64,000 nucleotides of DNA from Escherichia phage ime: sequence record MN850576.1. One strand, 5' to 3'. The translations under genes were made by a program, and so were the position numbers. Position 1 is the first letter of the stretch; every line of letters starts with the position of its first letter. The notes below the pieces were generated by a model, which did no database searches, was not told where the DNA came from, and saw only the letters and a program-made list of their open reading frames with translations. Positions 1 through 9,525 of the stretch are shown piece by piece.

Positions 1-237
1 ATTGATGGTATGTATTCAATCATTTGCGCTATCCGTGAACGCTTCGGCAACACAAAAACTATCTGGGTGTACACAGGGTATTTGTTTGAAGAAGTCCCCG
101 ATTACATTAAAGATAGTGTTGATTACATTATGGACGGTAAGTACGAAAAAGATAACCCCACCAAAAAACCCTTTAGAGGCAGTGATAACCAAAGAATGTT
201 TAAAAAGGTAGCAGATGGTTGGGTTCAGGTTGACTAA
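1..237 (+). CDS. nrdG: anaerobic ribonucleotide reductase activating protein NrdG, C-terminal fragment (5' end outside window)
   Basis: Frame open to window start; TIWVYTGY...FRGSDNQR tail resembles conserved NrdG C-terminus (E. coli DIWVWTGY...WRGSSNQ, from memory). Confidence 0.7.
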   Translation: MDGMYSIICAIRERFGNTKTIWVYTGYLFEEVPDYIKDSVDYIMDGKYEKDNPTKKPFRGSDNQRMFKKVADGWVQVD

Positions 238-240
238 TCG

Positions 241-270
241 TTGACAAAGCTTTGTTAAGTCGGTTATAAT
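241..270 (+). promoter_or_regulatory. sigma70-like promoter (TTGACA-18nt-TATAAT)
   Basis: TTGACA 241-246, TATAAT 265-270, followed by GAGGAGG RBS and ATG at 300. Confidence 0.5.
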
Positions 271-299
271 TGTCGTAATGAAAGCAGAGGAGGTGCCAA

Positions 300-413
300 A
301 TGGCTAAAAAAGCCTTGAAGAAGGCGTACAAGAAAGAGATTGCGCTTGAGCTTAAGAAAAAACACAAGCGTGAAAAGAAACATCATGAAGATGAAGAGGG
401 GGTGCAACAGTGA
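300..413 (+). CDS. small lysine-rich protein (37 aa), below ORF-track size cutoff
   Basis: ATG at 300 with GAGGAGG 8 nt upstream; stop TGA overlaps GTG start of next ORF. Confidence 0.4.
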   Translation: MAKKALKKAYKKEIALELKKKHKREKKHHEDEEGVQQ

Positions 414-760
414 CACAAGAACGTATCGATTTGGCTAATAAGTTTGTAGATCTCATTTTGCCACGGTTAGTTACTCAACATGCAGATGCTATTTCCACTA
501 ATCTTGATGGCTTACGCCTAATGCTGAATCGCACAGATGACCCTCGTATTCGGGCTGATTTAGAAGCCTCTGCCAACAAACTGGAAAAGTTCTTGCAAGT
601 AGACACGCAAGAAGCCTTGCACAAGATTATGGTGGAAGGTTTCTCTAAAGAATTTACCATTAAAGAGCTTAAGGAGCTGATCCACCAAGAAGAGATGAAT
701 ATTCGAGTTCAGGCTGTTGCAAGCAGCATGGAAGCGGCTATTGAAAAACTGTTGCAGTAA
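410..760 (+). CDS. hypothetical protein
   Basis: ORF track; GTG start overlapping upstream stop (GTGA). Confidence 0.5.
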   Translation: MTQERIDLANKFVDLILPRLVTQHADAISTNLDGLRLMLNRTDDPRIRADLEASANKLEKFLQVDTQEALHKIMVEGFSKEFTIKELKELIHQEEMNIRVQAVASSMEAAIEKLLQ

Positions 761-798
761 AAGTACTTGGCACATCTCAATCTGAAAGGAGTCCCAAC

Positions 799-1587
799 AT
801 GGGTCGAGCTAAAGAAACAAAACGCATGCGTGATGAAGCTAGAGAGGCTCGCAAATCTGATCGCCTGCGTAAGGCTGCTGAGAAATTTGCTGACGAAAGA
901 GAGCACACCGCTCCAGCTCTCCGACCAATGAATAAGAAGCAGCAAAAGTATCTTGATTATCTAGGGTCACGTAAGATTATTATTGTAAACGGTGTGTTTG
1001 GATCCGGTAAGACATTTATGGCATCTGCATATGCAGGTGATCTTCTGCGTAAGAACGAGATTGATAAGATCATTGTTGCACGTCCTTACGTCCAGACAGG
1101 AAAGACTTCAGGATTTAAACCCGGAAATGCAATGCAGAAACTGTGGCCCTATCTTCGAAGCATGATGGACACGATTTGTCGTCGTGTTGGCAAAGGTGCT
1201 TTTGCCGCAATGCTGGGAGACGGTCAGAACAGTCGTATCGAGATTTGTGAAGTTGAAAGCATTCGTGGTCGTAGTTTCGATGAGCGATGCTTTGTCCTGA
1301 TTGACGAGGCACAGCAAACTAACCCTGAAGAAATGTTGTCAATTATCACAAGGATCTCTGATCAAGCCACCCTTGTAATTATGGGTGATAATAGCCAACG
1401 TGACATCCCTGGTAAATCTGGCCTTGCATGGGTGACGGATTTCTTTACTCGTCATCCAGATCCTGAGGTTGGAATGATCAGCTTTGATAGTCCAGACGAT
1501 GTCGTTCGTTCCGGGTTGGGTCGTCAAATCGCACTCAATCTTATTGAGGATCGTGCAAATCATATTTGGACCCCTGTTTCCGAGTAA
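799..1587 (+). CDS. phoH: PhoH-like ATPase
   Basis: Walker A GVFGSGKT, Walker B VLIDEAQ; RBS AAAGGAG upstream of ATG. Confidence 0.8.
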   Translation: MGRAKETKRMRDEAREARKSDRLRKAAEKFADEREHTAPALRPMNKKQQKYLDYLGSRKIIIVNGVFGSGKTFMASAYAGDLLRKNEIDKIIVARPYVQTGKTSGFKPGNAMQKLWPYLRSMMDTICRRVGKGAFAAMLGDGQNSRIEICEVESIRGRSFDERCFVLIDEAQQTNPEEMLSIITRISDQATLVIMGDNSQRDIPGKSGLAWVTDFFTRHPDPEVGMISFDSPDDVVRSGLGRQIALNLIEDRANHIWTPVSE

Positions 1588-1631
1588 TACAGAAGGGTGG
1601 TTATTCCACCCTTAAATATCTAAAACAGTTG

Positions 1632-1660
1632 TTGACAAATAGGCAAGCTTTAGATATTAT
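1632..1660 (+). promoter_or_regulatory. sigma70-like promoter (TTGACA-17-TATTAT)
   Basis: TTGACA 1632-1637, TATTAT 1655-1660. Confidence 0.45.
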
Positions 1661-1688
1661 TATCGGACAAAACAAAGAGAAGGACAGT

Positions 1689-2000
1689 ATGGCTACAATA
1701 CAAGAGAAACTGAATAAAATATACTGCCTATTTGTCTATAACGGTGAGACAATTTTGGCAAATAAAGGATCCAAGAATGTGTGGACCAAGGACAGCGGTG
1801 GTAATATAATCAACTTAGCGTTGCTACGTGAGCGCCGACACAGATTCTTTATCGAGTCTCGAATTATTGAAAGCAGCACTTGCTACAGAACAGGCGATAA
1901 AGTAATTGTTGACAATGATACGTGGTATGTGGTAGATTGGCAATCATTGAGTTGTGATGCTTCTGACAATCGTAAGTACTCCATAGTGATTGCTAAATAA
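1689..2000 (+). CDS. hypothetical protein
   Basis: Internal ATG of track ORF 1566..2000 placed after promoter, with AGAAGGA RBS. Confidence 0.45.
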   Translation: MATIQEKLNKIYCLFVYNGETILANKGSKNVWTKDSGGNIINLALLRERRHRFFIESRIIESSTCYRTGDKVIVDNDTWYVVDWQSLSCDASDNRKYSIVIAK

Positions 2001-2060
2001 AGGTAAATGTGAATCAGGTTTAAATAAATAGCTTTCAACTTCCAATATTAAGGATTTCTC

Positions 2061-3110
2061 ATGAATTTAACACCTCGCAGCACCATGGTACACGGCATGA
2101 AAGAAAAACAGAACGGTTTCGAACCTATGAGTAATAAAATGTTTGGTATGCCGGGCGGTATCATGGAAACATACAGCTACCCAACACCTGTTGTTGACCA
2201 CGTTCTTTATATCGACGATTTGGAGGACCTGCAGGATCATATGTCTCGTCTGCAGACGATCCGTATGGCTCAGCCGGAAGAAAGCATTCGTGTGATCATC
2301 AATAGCCCTGGTGGTTGCGTGCACATTGCAATGGCCTATCTGCAGGCATTCCGCGAGTCTCAGGCAAGCGTTGTTGCACATGCTGAAGGGATGTGCTGCT
2401 CTGCTGGAACAATCTTATGGCTTGGTTGCAAAGAACGTACTGTGGCTCCGGACACAGAATTTATGTTCCACTACTATCAAGGTGGCACTTATGGTAACGG
2501 TGTTAACATGAATACTCAGGTCAGCTACTGGAAAAAACGTTTTGAACACCTGATCGAAAAATACTACGGTGGGGTGCTGACAGAAGATGAGATAGCATCC
2601 ATCACAGCTGGTGGCGAAGTGTGGTTGGACGGAGAAGAGTTGGCAGCACGCACTGGAGCTATTATTCTGGATGAAGGCAACATACAACGCATCCAGAACG
2701 GACAAAAACCGAAAAAGCTTCTGGCAAAAGGTGATGAAGAAGGCGTGTTAGGTGAAGCAGGTCTTCCGGAGATTCATCAGTGCACATCTTTAGATGAGTT
2801 AGTTCATGCTGTTGAATCTGCAAAAGCGGGTGGTTCGAAAGGTGATGTTCACACTGTGTTCCTGAATCTGCAGATGGAAAGTGGCGAGACCGTCCGAATT
2901 GCCCTGGGTGAGATTACTTCAGAAGATCTGCAGAGATTCTCTGTCGTTGAACTTCAGGATATTCTGTCTCAATTGAAGACTACTCTGAACGGCGGTGAAG
3001 AGGTTAAGGTGAAAGATAAGACTCGCAAGCGTCTTGTGGACAATATTATTAAAACAGCAAAAGAGCTCAATGAAAAAATCCTGGGTGCAGGAATTGTCGA
3101 AGAAGCTTAA
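2061..3110 (+). CDS. ClpP-family (S14) serine peptidase with C-terminal extension
   Basis: ClpP-like core INSPGG...AEGMCCSAG...FMFHY. Confidence 0.65.
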   Translation: MNLTPRSTMVHGMKEKQNGFEPMSNKMFGMPGGIMETYSYPTPVVDHVLYIDDLEDLQDHMSRLQTIRMAQPEESIRVIINSPGGCVHIAMAYLQAFRESQASVVAHAEGMCCSAGTILWLGCKERTVAPDTEFMFHYYQGGTYGNGVNMNTQVSYWKKRFEHLIEKYYGGVLTEDEIASITAGGEVWLDGEELAARTGAIILDEGNIQRIQNGQKPKKLLAKGDEEGVLGEAGLPEIHQCTSLDELVHAVESAKAGGSKGDVHTVFLNLQMESGETVRIALGEITSEDLQRFSVVELQDILSQLKTTLNGGEEVKVKDKTRKRLVDNIIKTAKELNEKILGAGIVEEA

Positions 3111-3123
3111 ACATTAATTCTAA

Positions 3124-3146
3124 AGCCCTCTTCGGAGGGCTTTTAT
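3124..3146 (+). terminator. rho-independent terminator
   Basis: AGCCCTC-TTCG-GAGGGCT stem-loop followed by TTTTAT. Confidence 0.6.
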
Positions 3147-3161
3147 GATCTGGAGATTTGC

Positions 3162-3695
3162 ATGACTTGTGCTAGAAAACCTGATGAACAACGTAACGCC
3201 TACGATGAGTATGTGACACCGGAGTGGTGTGCAGAAGGGCTGTATGACCTTATTCCGTTCCCAGAAGACTGGACCTACTTAGAGCCTTGCAGGAATAGTG
3301 CCTCAGGTGTGTTCTACTCCCGTATGCCGTTAGGATCTGCATGGGGAGAAATCCAAGAAGGTGTTGACTATCTGAATACAGAATACAACCATGTTGACTG
3401 TATTATCACCAACCCGCCGTACAGCCTGGCTCGTGAGTTTGTGGACAAGGCGTTGAAAGATGCCGACGTAGTTATTATGCTTTTGCGTCTTAATTTTCTG
3501 GAAAGCAAGGCCAGATTTGAATGGTGGCTTGATAATGCACCTACCACTGTGATCACAATATCTAAGCGTCCGTCATTCCAATCTAATGGTAGAACGGATG
3601 GGCAGGCATATGCATATTTTGTATGGGACAAGAAAAACCGTCTAGACTTGCCGCCATTTATGTGGTTGGCACCACCAGAGGCAGACTTGAAATGA
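3162..3695 (+). CDS. small DNA N6-adenine methyltransferase (phage Dam-like)
   Basis: NPPY catalytic motif (DCIITNPPYS); 177 aa; GGAG RBS. Confidence 0.6.
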   Translation: MTCARKPDEQRNAYDEYVTPEWCAEGLYDLIPFPEDWTYLEPCRNSASGVFYSRMPLGSAWGEIQEGVDYLNTEYNHVDCIITNPPYSLAREFVDKALKDADVVIMLLRLNFLESKARFEWWLDNAPTTVITISKRPSFQSNGRTDGQAYAYFVWDKKNRLDLPPFMWLAPPEADLK

Positions 3696-3976
3696 AAATG
3701 AGTGCTAAGGACAAGTTGCACCAGTTAGCGCTAAAACGTCCTGTAACGCTTCCTGACGAGCTTAACTCTATTTATGATGCGATTGTTGGGGAGATACAAA
3801 ATAAAGCGTTAGCAGGCTTTCTGGGATGTGGATTTTCGATAAATCTCCCATCACACCTCTCAGACTACTTCCCACACATTGTTGGGGATTTGAGGGCAGG
3901 AGGTCTGCAGGTGGATGTTGTTGGCATCTCTCCGGAGAAAAATAACACAGTTGCCTACTTGACAGTGACCTGGTAG
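3692..3976 (+). CDS. hypothetical protein
   Basis: Internal ATG of track ORF 3623..3976; overlaps upstream stop. Confidence 0.4.
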   Translation: MKMSAKDKLHQLALKRPVTLPDELNSIYDAIVGEIQNKALAGFLGCGFSINLPSHLSDYFPHIVGDLRAGGLQVDVVGISPEKNNTVAYLTVTW

Positions 3977-4011
3977 TAGTGTATTTTGTTTTCAACAAGA
4001 GGGGGCCATTT

Positions 4012-4251
4012 ATGTACAAGTCATTCTCAATCTACTCAAGACAGGCGAAACACTACACAGAGATCCTGATCACTCAGAAAAAGTCTGTAGAAGGTGAGTG
4101 GGAGTATCACCATAAAATGTTGCGTCCAGATTGGGTTTTTGATAGACTTATTGCTATGATCCCTCTTGGAGAAGTATACCCTCTGACAGGTCATAGGGAT
4201 GCTTGGGATTTAATTGATTACATAGATTCATTTAAGGAGCCTAGATTATGA
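4012..4251 (+). CDS. hypothetical protein
   Basis: Internal ATG of track ORF 3979..4251 with AGAGGGGG RBS. Confidence 0.4.
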   Translation: MYKSFSIYSRQAKHYTEILITQKKSVEGEWEYHHKMLRPDWVFDRLIAMIPLGEVYPLTGHRDAWDLIDYIDSFKEPRL

Positions 4252-4646
4252 AGATTGAGATTACTAAAGAAGGTAAGAAAGTGTCCGGCAACTATGCAAC
4301 AGTAATTCGGGATTTAATGTTTGAAGCCACCAAGATCGGTACATCTAAAGTTGGTCAAACTGTTAGTGTGAAAAGTAATATCGCCACAGGAGAGAAGGTA
4401 TTCATTGTGGTCAAAGGGCAGGATCCCGTGGAAGGAACAGTGGGCCGAGGTGGCTACCTGTGCATTTCTGAAGAGCCGCGTATGTTAGTGGCTGACGCTA
4501 CTATGGGTGGGAAACGTGTGTGCGAGGCGGATGAGGTAATGATTATCCAACCTGTTGATCCAGATGACCCAGCAACTTGGGTGGTAGGAAATGAAATCTT
4601 CTCTTTAGAAGAGTTATCCTTCCCAGCACCGCGCTCTGTTCAGTAA
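4248..4646 (+). CDS. hypothetical protein
   Basis: ORF track; TAAGGAG RBS; ATGA start/stop overlap. Confidence 0.5.
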   Translation: MKIEITKEGKKVSGNYATVIRDLMFEATKIGTSKVGQTVSVKSNIATGEKVFIVVKGQDPVEGTVGRGGYLCISEEPRMLVADATMGGKRVCEADEVMIIQPVDPDDPATWVVGNEIFSLEELSFPAPRSVQ

Positions 4647-4683
4647 TAATTTATCTTACCAGGGACGGTAGGTAGGAGGTAGC

Positions 4684-4917
4684 ATGAAAGTTAAATTTCT
4701 TACAGATTTAGGGTACCCTTCCTTGGTTGACTGTGTTGGTAAAATTGTGGAAGCAAAACGGCTATCTGCAAACGAGAATGTTGTCCTGGTTAAAGGGAAT
4801 GATTTACTAGCTGCAGGTGCAGAGTCTGGCAGGATCTCTCCTGATTATATGTATTACCTATCTTTAAGTAATCTGCCAGAGCGAGGCGGTAAAGGCCTTG
4901 AAGTTGTGGAGGAGTGA
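4684..4917 (+). CDS. small protein, paralog family A (MKVKxL ... KGxDLxxAGA ... EVVEE)
   Basis: TAGGAGG RBS; shared motifs with 8329, 8546, 10418, 10686 ORFs. Confidence 0.5.
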   Translation: MKVKFLTDLGYPSLVDCVGKIVEAKRLSANENVVLVKGNDLLAAGAESGRISPDYMYYLSLSNLPERGGKGLEVVEE

Positions 4918-4922
4918 CAGGT

Positions 4923-5447
4923 ATGCTTCTGATTAACTGGGAAGACCTCTATGGGGACAAAGACCCTGTTGCGTTTGTTGATCGTAGGTGGAGATATACT
5001 GAAGAACAACTGGCGGCAAAAAATTTAACTGCAAAACGCAGAAAGATCATCCAGTGCAAGTACAAATACGCACAGTTCGCTGCAAAAGTGTCTCCACAAA
5101 TCGAGAGCTTTGTGCTTAAATTGTATGACGAGTACCTCAAATTCAAATTGGATTTTGTGCAGGTGTACCGTGCACAGGTACGACCAGATACCAACATATG
5201 TAGATGGAAGGTTGTTTGTGAAGGTAAAGATTTGCCGCTCAGCTTGACAATTGAGTGGCGTTATGGGTATCATGAGTGTGGTCTGTATGATATTTGGGAT
5301 GTCATTGTAGATCCTGCTAAGCATCTGAACACAGAGGAGCTGGAATATATCAATAAGGTTATTCTCGATATGTTTTTCAGCTACACACATGAAAACTCTG
5401 AGAAAGAACGGGATAATTTTCTTGACACCCTCAGCGACCATTTGTAG
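4923..5447 (+). CDS. hypothetical protein
   Basis: ATG 4923 with GGAGGAG RBS (track ORF begins at GTG 4914). Confidence 0.55.
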   Translation: MLLINWEDLYGDKDPVAFVDRRWRYTEEQLAAKNLTAKRRKIIQCKYKYAQFAAKVSPQIESFVLKLYDEYLKFKLDFVQVYRAQVRPDTNICRWKVVCEGKDLPLSLTIEWRYGYHECGLYDIWDVIVDPAKHLNTEELEYINKVILDMFFSYTHENSEKERDNFLDTLSDHL

Positions 5448-5477
5448 TGTACAATTTAACCTACAAAGGGAGGACCA

Positions 5478-5705
5478 ATGAGTATAAATGTTGTGCTAAT
5501 AGCTTACCTGGTAATGTCCGTTATAACAGCGGTATTCTTGACAGGTGTATGCATCGTGTCCAGACGAAGGGTGAAGTTTGATGATTTTATCACCATCATC
5601 ACTGCTGCACCTTTTTGGCCTGTTGTTATCTTCATCGTAATAATGTGCCTAGTTGATTACTACAAGAATATCAGGAAGGAGAGTAGGGATGGAGACCGCA
5701 CCTAA
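5478..5705 (+). CDS. small membrane protein
   Basis: AAGGGAGG RBS; hydrophobic segments. Confidence 0.5.
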   Translation: MSINVVLIAYLVMSVITAVFLTGVCIVSRRRVKFDDFITIITAAPFWPVVIFIVIMCLVDYYKNIRKESRDGDRT

Positions 5706-5841
5706 AACTATCTATACTGTTCTTAAAGAGATTGCGTTCTACGCAGATCTTAGCCAGGCACCTTTATGGGAAAAGAGCATGTATTTAAAATGGTGCGTTA
5801 ATTTAGGGAGACCTTCCAGTGTTTCAAGCCATGTTTATTGA
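5689..5841 (+). CDS. hypothetical small protein
   Basis: Internal ATG of track ORF 5653..5841 with GGAAGGAG RBS. Confidence 0.3.
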   Translation: METAPKTIYTVLKEIAFYADLSQAPLWEKSMYLKWCVNLGRPSSVSSHVY

Positions 5842-5906
5842 GATGCTATCTGGGATATTGTTACTGGTAGCCATCTTAGGTGGTGCAGTTCTGATGTATA
5901 ACTATC

Positions 5907-6110
5907 TTGAAAAAGGAGACAGCAATGGCAAAAAATAAATCTTTAGAGCAGGCTGAAAACCTTCTCCACGAGCTGGTAAAGGAGTGGAAAGTTGAATACT
6001 CAGATTTTAATGCACGAGAGGGTGAAGATTATTGGCCTACGGAGCGCTCAGAGGGCGAATGGTATCAAGATTTCATAGAGTGGTTATATCAGACGTGCGA
6101 TGAGGGGTGA
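5907..6110 (+). CDS. hypothetical protein
   Basis: AAAAAGGAG RBS. Confidence 0.45.
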   Translation: MKKETAMAKNKSLEQAENLLHELVKEWKVEYSDFNAREGEDYWPTERSEGEWYQDFIEWLYQTCDEG

Positions 6111-6112
6111 CG

Positions 6113-6568
6113 ATGTTTGTTAAATATGTAAAAACGTGCCTCAACAATCTTGGTAGAGAGCATTGGTACACCTTGCTTGAAAAAGGAGAAATTTTAACAA
6201 AATCTGGAAAGATAACTTTAATACCCTTGGACGATAAAGACCCGTCACTACTTATCATAGATGATTACGTTACAGGTGTGTCGTACGAGGTCTCTGTGGA
6301 GAGGTTAATACGCAGATCTGGAGGTCCTTATGACCGAAGAGAGTATGTTTTCGATTCTATTACAGAGAAGGAAGATCCGTCTCTAATGTTTAGGATGGTA
6401 ATCAGGGATATGAAATCATCTATAAATAGGATCGTAAAGGACATTAAGGAACCTTTTAGAGTAAAAGTTAAGAAGTTTTTCGATTCTAAGATTAACATAC
6501 TCGCCGTTGCACTAGGTGTAGTTCAACTTCTGTTAATTTTGCACTATTTTGGACTACTATTTAAGTAG
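6113..6568 (+). CDS. hypothetical protein with C-terminal hydrophobic segment
   Basis: ATG 6113 after GAGGGGTG. Confidence 0.5.
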   Translation: MFVKYVKTCLNNLGREHWYTLLEKGEILTKSGKITLIPLDDKDPSLLIIDDYVTGVSYEVSVERLIRRSGGPYDRREYVFDSITEKEDPSLMFRMVIRDMKSSINRIVKDIKEPFRVKVKKFFDSKINILAVALGVVQLLLILHYFGLLFK

Positions 6569-6630
6569 TGGTTGAGATATGGCACAAAGGATGTGCCATA
6601 GTGAAATAAACTAAGAAAGAGGTAGAGAGA

Positions 6631-6978
6631 ATGCCAAAGATTAAAACGTTATTAATGTGGGTAGCTGTTTTAGCTTTTATAGGGTACTGGACTTGGGAAA
6701 CTGAATTAAAAGATATCGGATATACCAGTCTTGAGAGCAAGGCGTGCATTGGTATAACCGATGCATTCAGGCAAAATGCTATGGATCACGAATGTGTCGA
6801 TGCAGACATAGATGATAAACTGTCTAAGGACAAAGACTTCTACCACGGGTATGCTTTGCTTGACAGTGGGGACACTGTAGAGTTCTGGTCGTGGTTTCGT
6901 GAAGATGGAACAATAAAAACAGCAGTAAAAATCTCCAACAAAGAGTTAATGCTGTTGCAGCAGAAGGAGGTTCAATGA
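6631..6978 (+). CDS. hypothetical protein with N-terminal hydrophobic/signal segment
   Basis: AAGAAAGAGG RBS. Confidence 0.5.
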   Translation: MPKIKTLLMWVAVLAFIGYWTWETELKDIGYTSLESKACIGITDAFRQNAMDHECVDADIDDKLSKDKDFYHGYALLDSGDTVEFWSWFREDGTIKTAVKISNKELMLLQQKEVQ

Positions 6979-7262
6979 TCTGGATATCCTATGCGGATGG
7001 CACCATGCTGTATACTGCGGGTACCCGATACGAAGTTCAGGAGAACGATAAAAAATTTATCGTAAGAACATTTGACAAGGACGACAACCTTTTGCTAGAA
7101 TTGACTTACAAGGTTGGAGAGGTATCCAATATCCAATTGGATTGTGGTCATAAAGATAACCCACTCAAAAAACCTGGAATAGGCAAGGCTTCAGAAGAAC
7201 GTTTGTCTCGTATTGCAGAAAGCGTTTCTACACAAAAATCTAAGAAGGGGACTAGAAAATGA
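6975..7262 (+). CDS. hypothetical protein
   Basis: AGAAGGAGG RBS; ATGA overlap. Confidence 0.5.
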   Translation: MIWISYADGTMLYTAGTRYEVQENDKKFIVRTFDKDDNLLLELTYKVGEVSNIQLDCGHKDNPLKKPGIGKASEERLSRIAESVSTQKSKKGTRK

Positions 7263-7453
7263 AAAACTTACGTTTTAACACTTATTACTACAACACATTG
7301 AATGATTTGTATTATATTGTTCGAAGTAAAAGTCCTGAAACAGTCCTATTCTGCCGCGAACCTTTCAAAGGGGAGGAAGTAGAGTCTGAGATGAATGTTA
7401 GCCAGATCACCTCTTTGTTGCTCTCAGGTGCAATGGAAGAAGCAATATTCTAA
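7259..7453 (+). CDS. hypothetical protein
   Basis: ORF track; overlap coupling. Confidence 0.45.
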   Translation: MKNLRFNTYYYNTLNDLYYIVRSKSPETVLFCREPFKGEEVESEMNVSQITSLLLSGAMEEAIF

Positions 7454-7470
7454 ACCAGGCGGGGGGTTTT

Positions 7471-7656
7471 ATGAAGCACTATTGCCTGTCTGGTAGAATG
7501 GGTGCAGATTGTGATTGGGTTTTCTTAAAACTTGTCAGCATTCGAGAGTTCATCCCAGAGGAAGAGCAAGAAAGCGAGCTGATGTCATGGATCAACCATT
7601 ACGGTAACACTTTTCGGCATGTTAAGGTAGAAGAGTTGCCAAGCGAGGCTGATTGA
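7471..7656 (+). CDS. hypothetical protein
   Basis: ORF track; G-rich RBS. Confidence 0.45.
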   Translation: MKHYCLSGRMGADCDWVFLKLVSIREFIPEEEQESELMSWINHYGNTFRHVKVEELPSEAD

Positions 7657-7658
7657 CT

Positions 7659-7748
7659 ATGATTGCATCAATATTAACGTTTATGGGTGGCGTGGCATTC
7701 GGATTCATTGTTTGCCTGTTTATAGTGATTATGTCTATGCGAGGCTGA
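7659..7748 (+). CDS. small hydrophobic peptide (29 aa), below track cutoff
   Basis: ATG 2 nt after upstream stop; hand-translated MIASILTFMGGVAFGFIVCLFIVIMSMRG. Confidence 0.3.
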   Translation: MIASILTFMGGVAFGFIVCLFIVIMSMRG

Positions 7749-7751
7749 ATT

Positions 7752-8048
7752 ATGAAACTTTTTGAGTGGTTTAAAAAGTTTAAATATAAAGCTGTAGCCA
7801 TCGTGCCGTGGTCCATTCAGTGGGTTGATGAAGGTGGTCTACCGATACCTGGTGACAAAGATACTGGGTACTGGATTATGATGGAGAACGGGTTTGGAAA
7901 GCGAAAGTATACGTGCACAAACTCTACTCGATCTGCACTTAATAGAGTTCCTGGTTACAAACTTATGGTTGTGTGGAAAATGTCAGGCGTGCCTCCAGCC
8001 AATGCTCAATTTCTTACTGACAATCCGACCACGGTAGAGGGAGATTGA
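7752..8048 (+). CDS. hypothetical protein
   Basis: ORF track. Confidence 0.5.
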   Translation: MKLFEWFKKFKYKAVAIVPWSIQWVDEGGLPIPGDKDTGYWIMMENGFGKRKYTCTNSTRSALNRVPGYKLMVVWKMSGVPPANAQFLTDNPTTVEGD

Positions 8049-8050
8049 TA

Positions 8051-8332
8051 ATGAAAAAGATTAACAGTAGTGAAGTAGAGTTTAAACTTGTCGGAAAAGG
8101 CACTTACTGGGAAGTTCGTCAAAAGGTATATTTGTTCGGTATTATTCCCTACTGGTCTAAATTCTACTGGGGAGCTAACGAGTGGGGAAGATACGCCACC
8201 AAATCAATGGCACTTATTGGTATAGCAGAGTACATTGCAGCCCGAGATAGGGTTGGAACCACTTATTACTACACTGCTGACGATATTCGTAACAGTGTTT
8301 ACATCCCACAACCGCCTGAGGGAGACCGTTGA
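8051..8332 (+). CDS. hypothetical protein
   Basis: ATG 8051 (track ORF starts at TTG 8045). Confidence 0.5.
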   Translation: MKKINSSEVEFKLVGKGTYWEVRQKVYLFGIIPYWSKFYWGANEWGRYATKSMALIGIAEYIAARDRVGTTYYYTADDIRNSVYIPQPPEGDR

Positions 8333-8556
8333 TGAAAGTTAAAGTTTTAGATTCAAGCTTCTATATTGGTCAGGAGCCCTTAGTGGGGAAAGTGTTTACC
8401 GCTATCCCTAACGAAGATTATCCTGACCTTTTAAAAATAAAAGGTGCAGATCTTATTTCCGCTGGTGCATCTCAGGACTGCTTTGACAGCCAGTGGACCT
8501 ACAACTTTGCCCTTGGTGAGGATGTAGAGATAGTGGAGGACGAGAATGAAGGTTAA
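8329..8556 (+). CDS. small protein, paralog family A
   Basis: MMKVKVLD...KGADLISAGA motif. Confidence 0.5.
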   Translation: MMKVKVLDSSFYIGQEPLVGKVFTAIPNEDYPDLLKIKGADLISAGASQDCFDSQWTYNFALGEDVEIVEDENEG

Positions 8557-8800
8557 AATTCTTGATTCTAACGTCTACTTGGGACAATCCTTCCTGAAGG
8601 GAAAGGTCGTTCCTGCGGTATACTTTGAAGGGTTGCCGTGGGATGATCCTGTGCGGCAACATCGCAGTTATGTAGGCCACAACGTGGTGTTTATCTTGGG
8701 ATCAGACCTGATCGCTGCTGGTGCACCGGAATATTATTTCGGGGAAGAATCCTATTATGCCTTTGGGGCAGGGTCAGATGCAGAGATTGTAGAGCTGTGA
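8546..8800 (+). CDS. small protein, paralog family A
   Basis: MKVKILD...GSDLIAAGA...EIVEL. Confidence 0.5.
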   Translation: MKVKILDSNVYLGQSFLKGKVVPAVYFEGLPWDDPVRQHRSYVGHNVVFILGSDLIAAGAPEYYFGEESYYAFGAGSDAEIVEL

Positions 8801-8812
8801 TGGGTAACCGTT

Positions 8813-9211
8813 GTGAAAAATAAACTGTTCAAAGTTACAATGAAAATTCGCGGAGCTTGGAGCGTAAAGCAAGGGCGTATCCCAGAATTTGAGAAAGACT
8901 TCTACGTAGTCTCCACCTCGGAGGAGGCTGCATGCTGGCAGGCTGGCTATGCATATGCAAGAACCTGGTACGAAGGATACCAGACTGGTGGCTATGACGG
9001 AGAAATTATCAGCAAGGGTGTAGAAGAAATTAATGTGTTGACAAGTGAAAAAGTTTTTGTTATAGTGCATCCAGATTCCAGAGTGAAGCATTACTGGAAT
9101 GCCAGAACAAAAACTTGGACACCGTTTGCAGATTCTGCTACACCACTTTTAAACCAGAAAGCTCTTGACTCTGTCCCGAGCTATGGGGTTGTTGAAGAAA
9201 AGCTAAACTGA
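8813..9211 (+). CDS. hypothetical protein (paralog of 11018..11413)
   Basis: Shared FVxxHPxSxxxYW...WTP motif. Confidence 0.5.
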   Translation: MKNKLFKVTMKIRGAWSVKQGRIPEFEKDFYVVSTSEEAACWQAGYAYARTWYEGYQTGGYDGEIISKGVEEINVLTSEKVFVIVHPDSRVKHYWNARTKTWTPFADSATPLLNQKALDSVPSYGVVEEKLN

Positions 9212-9228
9212 AACGGTGAGGTACTAAC

Positions 9229-9519
9229 ATGATTGATTTAGTTCTAGACACTGATAACACCGGAGCGTTTAAAAAGGATGGTGTAACAAGCGTTGACCAA
9301 TCATTCCCTGCCAAGATTGACTCAAAATGGACCTACAAGTTTGATGGAGAGATCTTCGCAAATGATGAGAAGGTTGTAGATGCTGCAGCCATTTTGAACG
9401 CTCTAGGGTACGACCCTGTGAATTCTTTGATCAAGGATCCTGTTGAGTTTGCAGAGTATGTTCGAAAAATGGCAGATCTTGCTGTGGATATTTTAAAAAC
9501 TATCGACAACAATCTGTAA
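9229..9519 (+). CDS. hypothetical protein
   Basis: ORF track; GAGG RBS. Confidence 0.5.
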   Translation: MIDLVLDTDNTGAFKKDGVTSVDQSFPAKIDSKWTYKFDGEIFANDEKVVDAAAILNALGYDPVNSLIKDPVEFAEYVRKMADLAVDILKTIDNNL

Positions 9520-9525
9520 AAACTG

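Noticed and set aside
475-5441. Minus-strand track ORFs inside the rightward block (for example 475..660, 1108..1317, 2067..2381, 2415..2705, 3368..3721, 5025..5441)
   Set aside because: Antisense shadow ORFs embedded in better-supported plus-strand genes with RBSs and recognisable domains.
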